A DNA stretch of 64,000 nt from Eledone cirrhosa (GCA_964016885.1 OZ024742.1:65658001-65722000), one strand, 5' to 3'; positions 26,948-40,120 are shown, counted from the first letter of the stretch. Numbers and translations: made by a program. The notes: generated by a model from the letters alone, not told the origin.

Positions 26948-26978
26948 ATATATATATATATGTATATGTATATATGTA

Positions 26979-27031
<53 letters not shown>

Positions 27032-28198
27032 ATATATATATGTATATATGTATGTATATGTGTGTATGTGTCCTGGTCAAGCTGGTATGGAATTTTTTTC
27101 TCTCTCTCTTTCGTCTGCGACTTCACAAAACTTATGTTTACCGAATTCGTAGACCAGACCCCTTCTTCTTCTTCTTCTTCTTCTTCTTCTTCTTCTTCTT
27201 CTTCTTCTTCTTCTTCTTCTTCCCCCCCCCCCGTCAGACCTGTGCGAAATTCCTTCCTTGCTCACATTTCAACCAGGTTTGATGGTCTTTTGTCTCTTGT
27301 TCACGATTTCACCGACTTTATATTCATAGAGATCTTGGACTTGTCTATTTCTTCTCACTTTCCGTTGCTTAAACCATTTTGTTTGTTACCCTAACGTCCC
27401 CTTTATTTACGTGTCCCAACGACTTTTTTTAGCCGTTGTACGCACCAACCTGAGGCATATGGCCCTTAAAGCGATGAAATGCCTGGGACGGTTGGAGGGT
27501 CACTGATGAAGGACTTACTTTTTCATATGCACCACCATTTGCAACGCGCAGCCATCATTATTATTATATATATGTATATATATTTGTGTGCGTGTGTGTA
27601 TGTGAATGTATCTGTTGACACATGGAATATAGCTTAAGAGAAATATTACAATAATGATATGATAGGCACCCAATATTTTGAACTGGTTTATAGAATTCTC
27701 TCCGCCTTTGTCACTCTAAGCTTTAAAGAATTAGCTTTTAAAGAATTTCTCTTTTCTTTAAATCCATCAGCCATGACCGACCCCCAACCATCTTATAGAC
27801 ACCTTAAATATAGGCATTGTTTACTTAAGAGAAACATAAAAATAAGGAGTGGCACCCCATTCTGAACTTGTTTATAGAATTCTTTCTCCCTTTGTCACTC
27901 TAAATATAAATTATAGCCTTAAAGAATTAGCTTTTAATGAATTCCCTTTTCTTTCAACCAATGACCTCCCCCATCCCACTACCCACCCTCTCCTACCACC
28001 CGCAAAGATATAAATACCACAACATTTATTTTTGGAAAGCCAGATTCTTGATGATTTCTAAAGAACGAAACAGTTCTAGTCCTGTAGAATCACATCTATA
28101 TTAAAACTATATATATATGTAGAAGTTCTATTTAAATTGTTGGGATACAACAAGCAAATATTTTTATAACTGATATAAAGCACTCAACAAATTATATC

Positions 28199-28277
<79 letters not shown>

Positions 28278-29224
28278 GCAAGAAGCAATGAGAAAATCAA
28301 AATCCAGTAATCCGAAAAGAGTAGCCAGGTCTACTATTTCGAGACCCTGTCCCATCACATGGCATCCCACTTCATCCACTTTGGATATCCCTCCACCCTG
28401 ATCCAAGTTACTCTTGCCTATTTGATTCATTCTTTGCATGTATATACAAGTTTCTCATCTGTAGAGAAGCGATTATAGTGATTAAAGATAGATTTGATTA
28501 ATGAAACTTGGTTTTCTTCAAATTAAATATTTATGGTCTGCTGCCCTCGCCGTCTTTAACAGCAAGGACTTTAACCTATAATGAAATTATTATTCACGAA
28601 AAGGAAAAAGTTTTATAGATGTCAGGTTCTGCTTCTCATAAAGTCATATTCTTTTAATGTTTCACCATTACCTAGTGATATACTGAAGAAAATACTAAAA
28701 CGAATGCTTATCAGATCCTACCGTCAATAGATAAATAATTACGAGATAATTTATCTGCCAGCCTATAGGAAAACTATTGATTAAAGTTTGGACATTTAGT
28801 ATCATGTACATTTAATATTGTATATATTTCAGCTAAAATGGTATATACGAACCATAGTAGCTCTTCTTGCAAAAAGTAGCAGCCAAATGTCCCGCAATAT
28901 ATATATATGTATGTATGCACCGAAAAACGGCGAAAAACTTTGCATGGTGCCTTGACTTGCTAAAATACGTATCCACATCTCCATTAAATCTCATACTGCA
29001 GTAAAATTAAATGTTTTTAATTTTTCACAAGATGACATGAAGTTTCCTGATTTTATATATTCTGATTGTACGTGTAATAAAGATGCCCCATTGTGCAACA
29101 TGGATAACCGAGAACGGTAGTCTCATGACGACCTCACATGAAACGGCGCATGGTAGATGACCCATGTGAAGCATAATGGCAGAATGGGATTAAATGGATC
29201 CTAGTACTGGGCTAGTATGTTAAA

Positions 29225-29430
29225 ATAATAATTGTTTATAATTTAGACTCAAAACCAGCATTGTTCTTCGGGCGAAGTCAATTATACCAACCTTATTGTC
29301 AATTTATTTTTTCGACACCGGGAAAGATGAAAGGCAAATTTGACCTTGGCAGTATTTCAACTCTGATCGTAAAGAGCCGGATCAAATACCCCAAAGCATT
29401 TGTTAGGTGCACAAAAATTCTGTCAATTTA
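29225..29430 (-). mobile_element. Old Nin/Deu-core SINE
   Basis: tttatttttt-cgacaccgggaaagatgaaaggcaaatttgaccttggcagtatttcaactc. Confidence 0.7.
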
Positions 29431-32400
29431 ATACTCTTCGAACAATTAATCACAAAGATGAAACAAATTGAGAATTGTACCTAACTAACTTTGGAACTGG
29501 CAAAGAATAATCAAATTCTATCCAGATAAACATTATTAACGTAACGGTTTTTAATAAAATGTTGAAATGGTTAATAAACATAACTTATATACTTAATATA
29601 TTGTTTCTATTCAGGTAAGACAGAAGAAAAATAGACTTAATGCTATATCAAATTATGTGTAATGAGGCCAAAATAAAAGGAATGTTGTAAAAGTCCTGTT
29701 TTCAGTTTAAAGAAGAACAGCTTAACTAAAACCTTGAAATAGAAATCTAAAATCAAAGAATCCTACAGTTATTCAATCGAAAGAAATGTTCCAATACAAT
29801 GAAAATCAAGGTATAACATGTAAAATGTGCAGAGAAACAAACGTTTTTATTGTGTATATTACTGTTTACTATTGGCAAATCATATAGCGTGAGTGGAAAT
29901 TGGATTACCCGAAAAGCTATTTATCATGGAAACAACATATTTATTCTATGGAAATTGTCAAAAACAGGATTATTGAACCATTAAGATATTTTTCGAGTGA
30001 TGTTCAGATAAATAAAAAAAACAAAACAAAAACAAAACAAAAACAAAAAAAGCAGAAGTGAAATAAATGAAGCTTTCAAGGTAAATGAAGTAAAGACTCC
30101 GATAGACCACGTGTTACTTGCAATACAAGTAAACGCTTCAATGAATTCTAAACATGTGTACGTGATCGTATGACTGAATATGTACTGGGAACGATAAATT
30201 AACCCAGAAAAAATTATGCATTTGAATTTGTAGAACCCAAAACTAACATCAACCATTCTGAAAGAACGTCAAAAATTTAACAATTAAAATATCATAAATT
30301 AATTGTTGATGAAAGCACAGATATTCTTGTTAGTAAAATATTAATCATGTAATTTAAGATCAGAAAAATATCCCTGAAAACTGACATGCTTGGAGGAATT
30401 TTAATATTGGATGGATACTTGTAATGCAGAATCGACTACTGATGCAATCAAACATTTTACTAACCGATATGCTGAATATTAAATAATAATAAAAAAAACT
30501 CACCTCAGATAGTACATCTGTAATATTAGGGAAAAGTAAAAGAGTAGTCACTCGGATGAAGCAAATTGTTCTTCATTTGATAGAGTGACATTGTCTCGCG
30601 TATCAGGAAGATGTAGACATTACTAATGCTTAGAATACTGTTACAATTAATAAAGGAGTAGAATCTTTACTAAAGACACACAAAAGGGCATGCAGTTAGG
30701 GAACTCTCTTCACGTCTACGCTGCACCTTGTGAAAGTGTCTTCTACTATTGGCTCGGGTTGACTAATACCTTGTGAATAGAATTTTGTTGAAGGAAACTC
30801 TGCGGAAACCTGCTATATATATGTATATATATATGAGTGTGTGTTTGTGTTCGAGTGTTTGTTTATACCATGTAACATAGCAATTTAACAAAATAAATCG
30901 ATGAAATAAATACTAAGCTTGAGAAAAATATGTACTGCAGTCATATTATCGACTAAAACCCATCAAAGCGGTGTCCCAGCATGGTTTCCTTTTAATCACC
31001 AAAGCAATTAACACAATAAGACATAACACGAACGCCAAAAAATGAAGAAATTGGGAAATTTAAAGAAAGTGAGATTTTATCATTTATTCATTTTAATGAA
31101 GTATAGTGGCTTTCAAGACATATGACACTGAATGCGTTAGTGTAAATTTATGAAGGTCTTATGACTTACTTGAATATTTAATAAAACGAAAATAAAGATC
31201 AAACCACTGATAATTGCCATGCAAAACTTTGCAAGGATACCTAATTTTCCCAATAAATGATATTGTGCTGAGTTAACTGAACTGTGAATATACTGAAAAA
31301 ATAACCCACCCTAAAACATATAAAAATACAGTTTAAACTCTAAGAGCATTATCCGTAGGAAAATTGTTTTTCTTTTAAGTAGCACAGTGCAAAATACCAT
31401 TGGCATCCCAGACAGAAGATGGATACTTCGGTATAAAGGACTTTTTAAGATTTATGCTTTATCCTGTGAACGTTTGAAGAATTGATTTCCTGGAAATGTG
31501 TTTGATAGAAGGTTTGTATTCGATTTACTTTCTGTTGCACCAGATGAAACCTCCTTTGATTTTAGTATCAGCAGTAAAATAAATTTCATCGAAAATTTCA
31601 AATTCAGATGAGGATAATATCACTGAGTGTATTCTATAATGACTTTAAATATTTAATAGCTCAAAAATGTTAAAACAAAATCCATGAAAACATTTCAGGA
31701 AATGGTGGCCTATATTATAGAAAATGCTGATCGCTTTAATGTCATATCACAGTTTCTTGATATATATATGTAACCTTTCAAGTATCAAGTATTGATTGTA
31801 AACGGAGTTTCAGTCTGATGAGTACTGTTAAAAATCAAGAAACAGATTCTAAGAATGTCGTCTGGATATGCTTATGCACATCAAATAACCAGACAGAGTA
31901 GAAAGAAAATACACTTTGATAAATGTAAAGTATAGAAGAAAAATACATCCTGACATTCGAATGCTCACGCACAATTTTAGAGACTTGTTGATTTTTTCTT
32001 TTACATTTGATATTTAACATTTCTAAACATAAAACCAAGGATGTGTGTGTGTATTCTTTTAGTAAACGTAAATTTAGTTTTTGTGTGAGAAATTTTATAT
32101 CAAATAAAATTCATAAACATGTTAAAAAACTATTTATGTTAGGCTAATATACACATAGTTTATATATAATAAAGTAGAAATATTAAATTAATTCATAATG
32201 AATGAATTATAAAGAAAAAAATCAATACAGCGAATAAAGTATTTCTTTTATTATACACTTTTTGTAACAAATAACTAACTTTTGTTTCGTAAATTTTAGA
32301 CAAAAATCAATGATTGTCTCAAAAGTAATGGCAACATCGTTAGAGCGCAGTACAAAATGATTTGTGATATTTGTGTTGGTAATATAAGTTCAAATCCAAT

Positions 32401-33599
32401 CGAAATCAATATTATATTTTATCTTATAAGAAAGTAGCAGTCCGTTGAATTAGCAGAAATGTTAAAGTGTCTGACGATATATCTTGTGATTTTTCTCTTC
32501 GGCTCTTTAAGTTTAATTCCTCCACCTGACACTTTCTCCTGTTGTATACATCCAGTGCATATTTTAGCTTTGAAGACACCCCTCCCCTCCTCACCGGGAT
32601 TGGAGGCTCTGAAAAGGATCATCTTCATCTCCTACTAAACACTAAATAAAAAACATAACTTCGGCGCATTTCCTTTTTTTTATGACAGCTTCCGAACAGA
32701 TCATGAAACAATTGGAAGGAGCATTCTTTGTGATTTGGACGTTTCGTGTTAGCAGCTTATAGTCGATTGTACTCATCAACAGGTTTAAAAGAAACATATA
32801 GGCCCAGATATGTAATCGTCCGTACGTCCATAAGCATATACTCTATCACTGTCTCTCACGCACTCCAAATAAGCGGTGATGTAGTAAATGATGCACAAAA
32901 AGAGAAGAAAATTCTTAATGAATTGAAATTTGCAACTAGTAGCGGCTCCCAAATAACTAATTTTAAAATTTTAAGAAATAATTTTATAGAAGATATTAGG
33001 CTGGACAGAATGTTCTCGCTGTTTTTCAACTTTTTATTGACTTTGGCATTTTTTAAAATTAGGAAAATGTTACAAGTCATGATAATTGCCATCATTTGCG
33101 GTTACCACCCGTCATCGTTTAGGAAGGCACTTCTGACTTCGATGCAAAAATTCCGTTAGCGACTGATTTAACTGGTCGAAATTGGCGTAGGTCTTTGACT
33201 TTATTGCATTGCTCATTGCTTTTAAAAAGCAGCGGAAACTTTCTGTCCAGCCCCATAATTTTCAAACTTGAGAGGAAAAATTGAGCTTTTTGTGTAGGAA
33301 CATTGATAACCTCAGACATATTAGTGATTTATAACCATTTCTGCCCTGTCAGAGCAGTGGACAAAGATTGTTACAACTAGAAAAATGTCATAAATATTTT
33401 GGACAGCAACAATTTGTATATATCTTCCTTATCATTTTCTTAATCTTTCTGGAATTTTCCATTCAAGTTATGTCGTCAGCCCGTTTAACATCGAAGAAGA
33501 GGGAGTCAGTCAATGCAAGATCTATAATTAATTCTTGAATGGAAAATTCCAGATACGCGATGAAAAAGATAAAGAATAGCAATCAGCTTTGTCTTAGCT

Positions 33600-34660
33600 G
33601 GCTATCAATAATCAGGATATGTTCCATATTAATGTATAGCACCTCTATAATTCACACCAACTGTCTAAGTAGCTAATACTGTGGATATCTTCTCTAGATC
33701 GTGTCAAAGTTGAACTGTAAGAGGACTGGATGCTCTTTTGTTTATTCTATCTGAGAATATTAAAATTACAGCATTTGTGCTTCTCATTGTTCTAAAATCA
33801 AATGGATCCCTCTCTGTCACTTTGGTTTTTTGTTTCATTCTATGGAGGATGTTTCTTTTGAACACGTTTCCCCGGTATGCAAGAGAGAAATTATTCTGTA
33901 CTTTCAGTATTTTTTCTTTGGACCATTTTATGTATTACTGCCACAAGCTACAGAATCACTATTCTGGTGTCTTTTCTATTTTCCATATTATGTTGAATAT
34001 ACGTAACATATGACTCATGTGCTCTCGTCTTCCTTTTTGAACTTCAGTACACCGTATGGTTTACGGTTTTTCATTAACTTTAAAGCTTTTAAAACATTCC
34101 ATTTGTTAATTCTGAAACGATATCTATACCAGATAGAATATTCGTATTGTATAGAGATTAATGCTAAAATGCTTGAAATTAAGCTTCCAATATTGAAATA
34201 ACCCAGCAGTGTTTGTATGTAGTTCACCTTCAATTGCTCAGTATGTTTATCTACTTTTCCTTTTCAGTTCCCAGACTGTATTGAGAAGGTTGTGACTATT
34301 ATTGTTTTTGAAGTTAACATCTAAGAGATCTGCCATGTCTTCTAGATTTTTGATCGTTTGTATTTTGACTGCAGTTTTAGATGCTTCATTCATTTCTTTG
34401 TATCGTGAGGTTTTGAAAACATCGTCTGTTCAAAAGTTCTGTTTAGCTTTTAACGTTTGTACTCAGACTGTGTCTATTTATGTTAGTAGTTATGTCACTT
34501 ATGCTGTATCTTCTGAGCTAACACTTCATCTATGTCATCTATGTCACCCGTCTCAAGATGGTATCAGTGTTTTAATCATTCGCGTTAGATCTTCATCTAC
34601 AAGATTGTTCACGCCATGACGTTTCTGTACGTTTCCTATTTTCGTTTGATTTTCTGGTGT
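33600..34660 (-). pseudogene. Decayed RTE/L2-type LINE RT N-terminal region
   Basis: INKWNVLKALKLMKNRKPYG, LRIFNIIWKIEKTPE, ISLL.IPG-like and FRTMRST motifs on the minus strand across frames. Confidence 0.55.
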
Positions 34661-35107
34661 ATTAACACAATTTACCCAAAGGAAAATATAATCGGAATTA
34701 ACTTTAGTCGAGTGAAAGGTTTCTGAGGTTTTGGGGGGTTTGGCATATCCACTCCCTGGGAAATATTATGAACTATATTGTATATATAGGCACACATACA
34801 TACATTAGGTAATGTGAAGAAAGAACCAATAATCCAACTTAATGTATTCCTTACAAAATATTTATTTTTCAAAACTTGGAAAAACAACTACAAGTTGTAT
34901 TGTGAAGACAGAATATCCCATTATTTATAAGATATATATAAAAGAAAAGACCGCCTTCGGCCAGGAATGACCTAGAAAGTTCCATTCCGAAACAATACTC
35001 CAAGTATCGAGTACTCTGGTGAGTAATAGTCTAACAGGTTTTTACTGCATCCATTCACGCACAAACTCAGTTATGTATGCGATCTATGTGTGTATATATA
35101 TGTATGT

Positions 35108-35352
35108 GGAGGCTCGTGGGTTGGATTCGATTCCTGGGCTGGGTTGCGTGTTGTGTTCTTGACCAAAAACACTTAATTTCCCGTTGCTCCAGTATACTCA
35201 GCTGAAAATGAGAACCAGCAATAGCTGGGGGTTTGACCCTGCGATGGTCTGGCGTCCTGTCCATGGCGAATCGTGTACTCTAAGTCGCTTCACGCCACGA
35301 AACAGGGATAGGCACCTGCCTAACGTGCCTTCTGACTTGAAACTGACTTTAG
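35108..35352 (+). mobile_element. tRNA-derived SINE (Meta/V-domain-like)
   Basis: gattcgattcc B-box-like, gtgttcttgaccaaaaacactt, accctgcgatggtctggcgtcctgtcca. Confidence 0.6.
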
Positions 35353-35440
35353 ATGTATGTTATCTCTTTCTCTTAATTTCGAGTATATATTTTTGACCTG
35401 CCACCTTCCTGGTGGCAAGGTTGTAAAAGAAAAGAAATTG

Positions 35441-38179
35441 TCATCCCTTGAATCGCAAGAATGTTTTGCATATTTTGAAGGTGCCAGCTATCGTAGCCAT
35501 TTGTAGACTATGAATTAGGGAGCTGCGCTCTTTGTCCGCAAATCCAAGTTCAGTCATACTTTGGTCCAAGCGGGTTGATATATAATCCGTAGCTCCAATA
35601 ACGATGGGTATGAAGCTAAAGGTGTATCTTGGATACTGGATTTGTAAACTCCTCATCAATGGTCCGTAGATGTCCTCCTTCTCTTGTATTTTTCTGACAA
35701 CGTTTACATCAAGTGGGCAGCTGATCTCCACAACAGAACACGTTTTCAATGTGTTGTCCCAAACAACAATATCAGGCCGGTTGTGCTTTAATTTGGTGGC
35801 AGTTTTTATTTTCAGGTTCCACCAGTATTCCTTAGTGCCATCTGTCTCAATATATTCTTCCTTGTTTGTTGTTAATTTTGTTTTCCGAAGTGCGTTCCAG
35901 ATGGTTCTAGCTATCCCATCGTGTCTCATGGGGAGGTAGTAGCGAGATGGCATTCTTTCGCAGCTGACAACAATGTGGCTTACATCCTCGATCTTTGTTT
36001 TACATAGCCTACATTTATTGTCAGCTGCTGGCCCTCCCCTTTTGTGCAGCAGATATTTGGTAGGGAGTTCTTGTTCCTGTATTGCATAGAGATATCCCTC
36101 AAGGTGTGATGTCATAAACTTGTCGGAACTCCATGGCAGACTTTTTGAGTGGTTTATCCCCTCTATGGTCTGTGTTTTACGTCTCAAGTATCCATGCACA
36201 ACTTTTTCTGTAAATTGGTCAATTTTTTCATCTTGTTTGAACATTGAATAGGATCTTCCGATTTCTCTGGGTGAGAGATTTATATCAGGCTTTATTCCAT
36301 ATCTCTCCTCCAAATCAGTGGCTATTCTAATGATATTTTTTTTTTCATGCTCATAAACCTGGGCAAGAAGGTTGCCAACCTTTTTCCTCTGTTGAAGCTG
36401 TTGCTTCAGTGTTACTATTCGGGTCTCATATGATGTTAATATGGATTTTAGACCCCGGCCATCTTCCTTGCGTGAGAAGTATAGCCTATCCACATCACCA
36501 TTGATGTTAAAGTTCCCAGTAACACTGAGAAGTTTGCGAGTTCTAACATCCATCTTACTTAGTTCTTGCAATGACCAGTTCAGCAGGCCAAATGTTGGCG
36601 TTAGAATTGGCACAGCATAAGTATTGTGGGCAATGTATTTGTTGTACGCTGACAGTTCTGATGACCATATTTTCTTTACTTTTCTGAGGTATTCAGTTCT
36701 GGTTCTCTCCTTATTTATGGGTCCATCATATCTGACATTCTCATCCTGTCCAAGATATTTGTAGTTGTCACCTGACTGTAGAGGTTGTATTGTCAGGCCG
36801 TTCATCTCTAGATTTCTAGAGGAGGGCACAGCTCTTCCACGTTTTACTGCCAAATATGCACACTTGGACTCACCAAATTTCATTTTGATGTCTGTTGAAA
36901 ATTGTGTAATGAGGTCCAATTGTTTCTTGATGTCATTGATATTTGGCCCATACAACTTCAGGTCATCAACAATGAAAAGATGGGAGATACTTCTGGACCC
37001 ACTTCTTTGTCCACCTTGTTTCCTGAGTAGGTAAGATAGTGGATTTAGTGAGAGAACGAAGAGTAGCATTGACAAGCTATCACCCTGAAAGATGCCCTTC
37101 TGGTAATGTATCTTATCAGTCTTAACTTGCCCCTTCTCACCTCTAAGGATCAAATTGGTGTACCGGTTCTTGGTAAGACGTTCAACAGCAGCTACCAGTG
37201 GTTGTGGGACTTTGGCTAACTGTAAAGCCTTAACAATCCACCCATGAGGTACACTATCAAATGCTTTTTGATAGTCCAGCCACACCACAGTCATGTTTCT
37301 GCGATTCTTTGTTGTTTTTTCTTGAATCATTTTATTAGTTAGTAGGTGATATATGCAACTCGACACCTCCCTCTTTCCACCAGCTTGCTCAGGTGTTATG
37401 ATGTTGTTGGTAGCACAGTGATCCTGTAAGAACAGATTAAGGCACCCAGTATATAATTTATACATGATGTTTTGGCAGGCTATTGGGCGGTAATTTTTAG
37501 CAAGGGTGGTTTGGCTATTTTTGGTAATGGGGAGAGTAGTGGCAGTTGATAACCATCTGGGCAGTTCTTGTGTGCCTTTAATGGTTTCTGTAAACAGCCG
37601 TATGAGATCTTGCCGATAGAAAGTGAAATTCTTCAACCAGTATCCTGTAATGAGGTCTAGGCCTGGTGATTTCCTATTCGACATTTTCTGTAGAGCTGTT
37701 TCCAGTATTGACCCATCTATGTCATATTGTTTTGTCTGGACATGTTGGCAGTAGTCCTGTTCCAGTTCTTTTAGCCAATTAGTTTGTCTGTTGAATCCGT
37801 CATCCGTTTCCCATACAGATCTCCAGTAGCTCTCAACCTGTTCTTTTGAAGGGGTGTCATTTACAGAGATTGAGCTTTTGCCACCGAAGCTGCGATAAAC
37901 TGATTTAGGATCTCTGGCAAACAATCTATTTAGCACTTGTCGTTTATGTGCTGTTGACTTATATTTTAGTCTTTCTGTTGTAGCTGTGAGTTGTTTCAAC
38001 TGGTGTAATTTGGAGTTTAAAGTTTTAAATTTTGTATCTCCAAATCGTCTCTCTAACCTTTTTTTAGGTCTTCCTGGTGTCGTGTGAAGTTGCTCTCTAT
38101 GTTGCATTTCATAACGACTGCGATGTGTGAGATACTTCGTTTCATGGACACAATTTTGCTTTTTAAATTTCGCATCCAT
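35441..38179 (-). CDS. Non-LTR RT, CCHC knuckle and restriction-like endonuclease (912 aa, downstream of frameshift)
   Basis: KSPGLD, NYRPIAC, WLDYQKAFDSVPH, GIFQGDSLS, LFIVDDLKLY, YKYLG; CRLC..E..SHIVVSC; RHD; RPDIVV..VEISCP..KEDIY. Confidence 0.93.
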   Translation of the reverse strand: MDAKFKKQNCVHETKYLTHRSRYEMQHREQLHTTPGRPKKRLERRFGDTKFKTLNSKLHQLKQLTATTERLKYKSTAHKRQVLNRLFARDPKSVYRSFGGKSSISVNDTPSKEQVESYWRSVWETDDGFNRQTNWLKELEQDYCQHVQTKQYDIDGSILETALQKMSNRKSPGLDLITGYWLKNFTFYRQDLIRLFTETIKGTQELPRWLSTATTLPITKNSQTTLAKNYRPIACQNIMYKLYTGCLNLFLQDHCATNNIITPEQAGGKREVSSCIYHLLTNKMIQEKTTKNRRNMTVVWLDYQKAFDSVPHGWIVKALQLAKVPQPLVAAVERLTKNRYTNLILRGEKGQVKTDKIHYQKGIFQGDSLSMLLFVLSLNPLSYLLRKQGGQRSGSRSISHLFIVDDLKLYGPNINDIKKQLDLITQFSTDIKMKFGESKCAYLAVKRGRAVPSSRNLEMNGLTIQPLQSGDNYKYLGQDENVRYDGPINKERTRTEYLRKVKKIWSSELSAYNKYIAHNTYAVPILTPTFGLLNWSLQELSKMDVRTRKLLSVTGNFNINGDVDRLYFSRKEDGRGLKSILTSYETRIVTLKQQLQQRKKVGNLLAQVYEHEKKNIIRIATDLEERYGIKPDINLSPREIGRSYSMFKQDEKIDQFTEKVVHGYLRRKTQTIEGINHSKSLPWSSDKFMTSHLEGYLYAIQEQELPTKYLLHKRGGPAADNKCRLCKTKIEDVSHIVVSCERMPSRYYLPMRHDGIARTIWNALRKTKLTTNKEEYIETDGTKEYWWNLKIKTATKLKHNRPDIVVWDNTLKTCSVVEISCPLDVNVVRKIQEKEDIYGPLMRSLQIQYPRYTFSFIPIVIGATDYISTRLDQSMTELGFADKERSSLIHSLQMATIAGTFKICKTFLRFKG

Positions 38180-38928
38180 GCTGGTTCAGGCTTTTTGTTT
38201 GCATCTTGATTGCGTGGTTTTAGATGTTTGTTATATGATAGCAATGTGACAGCTGAAATATATAACAAAATGTTAAGCGTTTCAAATATCGTTTCTACAC
38301 CTTTAGATCGTATAGCCATCAGATAATTGTTAGCTATTTCGTTCACCGCTTCCAATTCCAATTTAGTGGGTTCTTTACTGATTCTGGTGTTGTATGGTCT
38401 GTCACTCTCTTGAAACATATCGTCCCATATCACTTGTAAGCTGTCCATAAGTTTTTGGTGTTCTGTTTGTACACTAGAGTCATGAATTTCAGCCTCGTTG
38501 TTGATGTGGTGACAATTACTACTAGAGTTAGCTGACCATTCTCGCTGTTCTTCAGTGGAAGTGGGATGGATTTCAGCAAAATTGTTGGTGAGCTGTTCAC
38601 TGTTAGATTTAGCTGGCCATTCTCTTTGTCTGTCAGTGGAGGTGGGGTGGTTGTCTACAAGGGCTGTATTTGTAGTATCACTCAATTCTGTTAGATGTAT
38701 CAATTTACATCTAATGATACTTTTTGCCTGTTCATTTAAATGTTTTGGAGAAAAGACTAATTCTGGGTGTTTGGAGTTCCATAAAGTTTTTAGCCTTTGC
38801 ATAAAACCGAACTTTTGTGGTTCAGATTGTTTGTATGCTTCATATAATTCTTTGTTAAGCTTGTAGCTCCACTGTATACAACGGTTGTAGTTGCGATTTG
38901 GTCGAAGGAGACTTGTACGTTTTGCCAT
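38053..38928 (-). CDS. N-terminal part of the same R4/Dong ORF (291 aa; frameshift near 38060-38080)
   Basis: WSYKLNKELYEAYKQSEP..GFMQRLKTLWNSKHP and PAWMRNLKSKI motifs typical of R4/Dong N-termini; overlaps the next ORF. Confidence 0.8.
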   Translation of the reverse strand: MAKRTSLLRPNRNYNRCIQWSYKLNKELYEAYKQSEPQKFGFMQRLKTLWNSKHPELVFSPKHLNEQAKSIIRCKLIHLTELSDTTNTALVDNHPTSTDRQREWPAKSNSEQLTNNFAEIHPTSTEEQREWSANSSSNCHHINNEAEIHDSSVQTEHQKLMDSLQVIWDDMFQESDRPYNTRISKEPTKLELEAVNEIANNYLMAIRSKGVETIFETLNILLYISAVTLLSYNKHLKPRNQDANKKPEPAWMRNLKSKIVSMKRSISHIAVVMKCNIESNFTRHQEDLKKG

Positions 38929-39133
38929 GTTGAGTTCATCTATTCACTAATATTTTGTATTTATTTTTCAAAATAGTCGATGATCTTCTTTAAAAGTTTC
39001 GACAAAGTTCTGTCAGAATCAAATTTAAAGTTATTCACAGCTTGGGTAATATTTCTTTTCAGTTAGTTTTTAATTCTACAACTGAGTTTTAAACGTTGTT
39101 CTTGAATCGTTTGAATCGAGAACAAAAAGAAAA

Positions 39134-39231
39134 TGTATGTATGTATGTATGTATGTATGTATGTATGTATGTATGTATGTATGTATGTATGTATGTATGT
39201 ATGTATGTATGTATGTATGTATGTATGTATG
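39134..39231. repeat. (TGTA)n microsatellite abutting the Dong-like 5' end
   Basis: Direct reading. Confidence 0.95.
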
Positions 39232-39678
39232 TGTATTCGACTTTATTACAATCTATGCATATAGTTATACATACACTGTATAAATGTATGCACTTATACA
39301 TATAAAAATGTACATAAACATGTATCTCTTTCACTTTTCCTCCCTCATTTTTTCTCTGTATATGTGTATATATACACATATATATCTGCGTGTGAGTTTA
39401 CATGTGCATATGTGTGTGAGTTTGTGCGTGAACATGTTTATCTTCCTACACAGTAAACATGTCTTAATCACATGAAAAGCAGAAATTCTATCGACTCGCT
39501 TTGAGCAACATGTCACGCACAATGAAATTGCAAGTTACCATGGTGGCATATTGTTTCCTGTGATTTGTGACACACCTACGTCAGTGAGGCAGCTTTGCAC
39601 TGGTTGTACTCCAGCTAGAAACAATCCCCATATGCACGCCACACATTCCTACATTCACCTCTAACATCCCTATTTGCA

Positions 39679-39679
39679 A

Positions 39680-39778
<99 letters not shown>
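39679..39778. repeat. (CTA)n microsatellite; a (TTC)n tract also lies at 27163-27221
   Basis: Direct reading. Confidence 0.95.
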
Positions 39779-40120
39779 GTTAGCAAAATGGAAATAAATG
39801 TCTACGCAGAAAGCTTGTGATTGTATAATTTTGTTGTTAACTGTTTTCTTTGTTGCTATTCTTGGTTAACCCCACATCAGCCTTTACCTAGTATACTTAT
39901 GATCGAAGGAATTCCATCCACGACAATCCCACCTTTTTCCTATAGCTGCTATTTCTTACGGGTTGTAAGATTATGCAGACGGTCCCCCGCTGTCTCCGTT
40001 GGTGGGGATATAACACGTTCGTATGTGTTACTACTGCTAATGGTGTTTGTCTAACTCGTTTTTTGTTTAATTCCAGATAAAAGCTGACCGTATACATACG
40101 ACCAGCTGCTCCATTTATGA

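Larger units (their letters stand above)
23872..28107 (+). mobile_element. 5'-truncated Penelope-like element (family F) with inverted pLTR, long 3'UTR and nested insertions
   Basis: Inverted HHR + tail at 23872-24010, RT-GIY-YIG ORF remnants 24031-25513, 3'UTR resuming ~27585-28107 homologous to 43090-43612; (TA)n at both ends. Confidence 0.85.
35365..39133 (-). mobile_element. Near full-length R4/Dong-clade non-LTR retrotransposon (RT + RLE)
   Basis: ~200-nt 5'UTR, one ancestral ORF split by a frameshift, short 3'UTR with hairpin tgccacc-aggaa-ggtggca; (CATA)n at the 5' flank and acatacat at the 3' flank. Confidence 0.85.
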
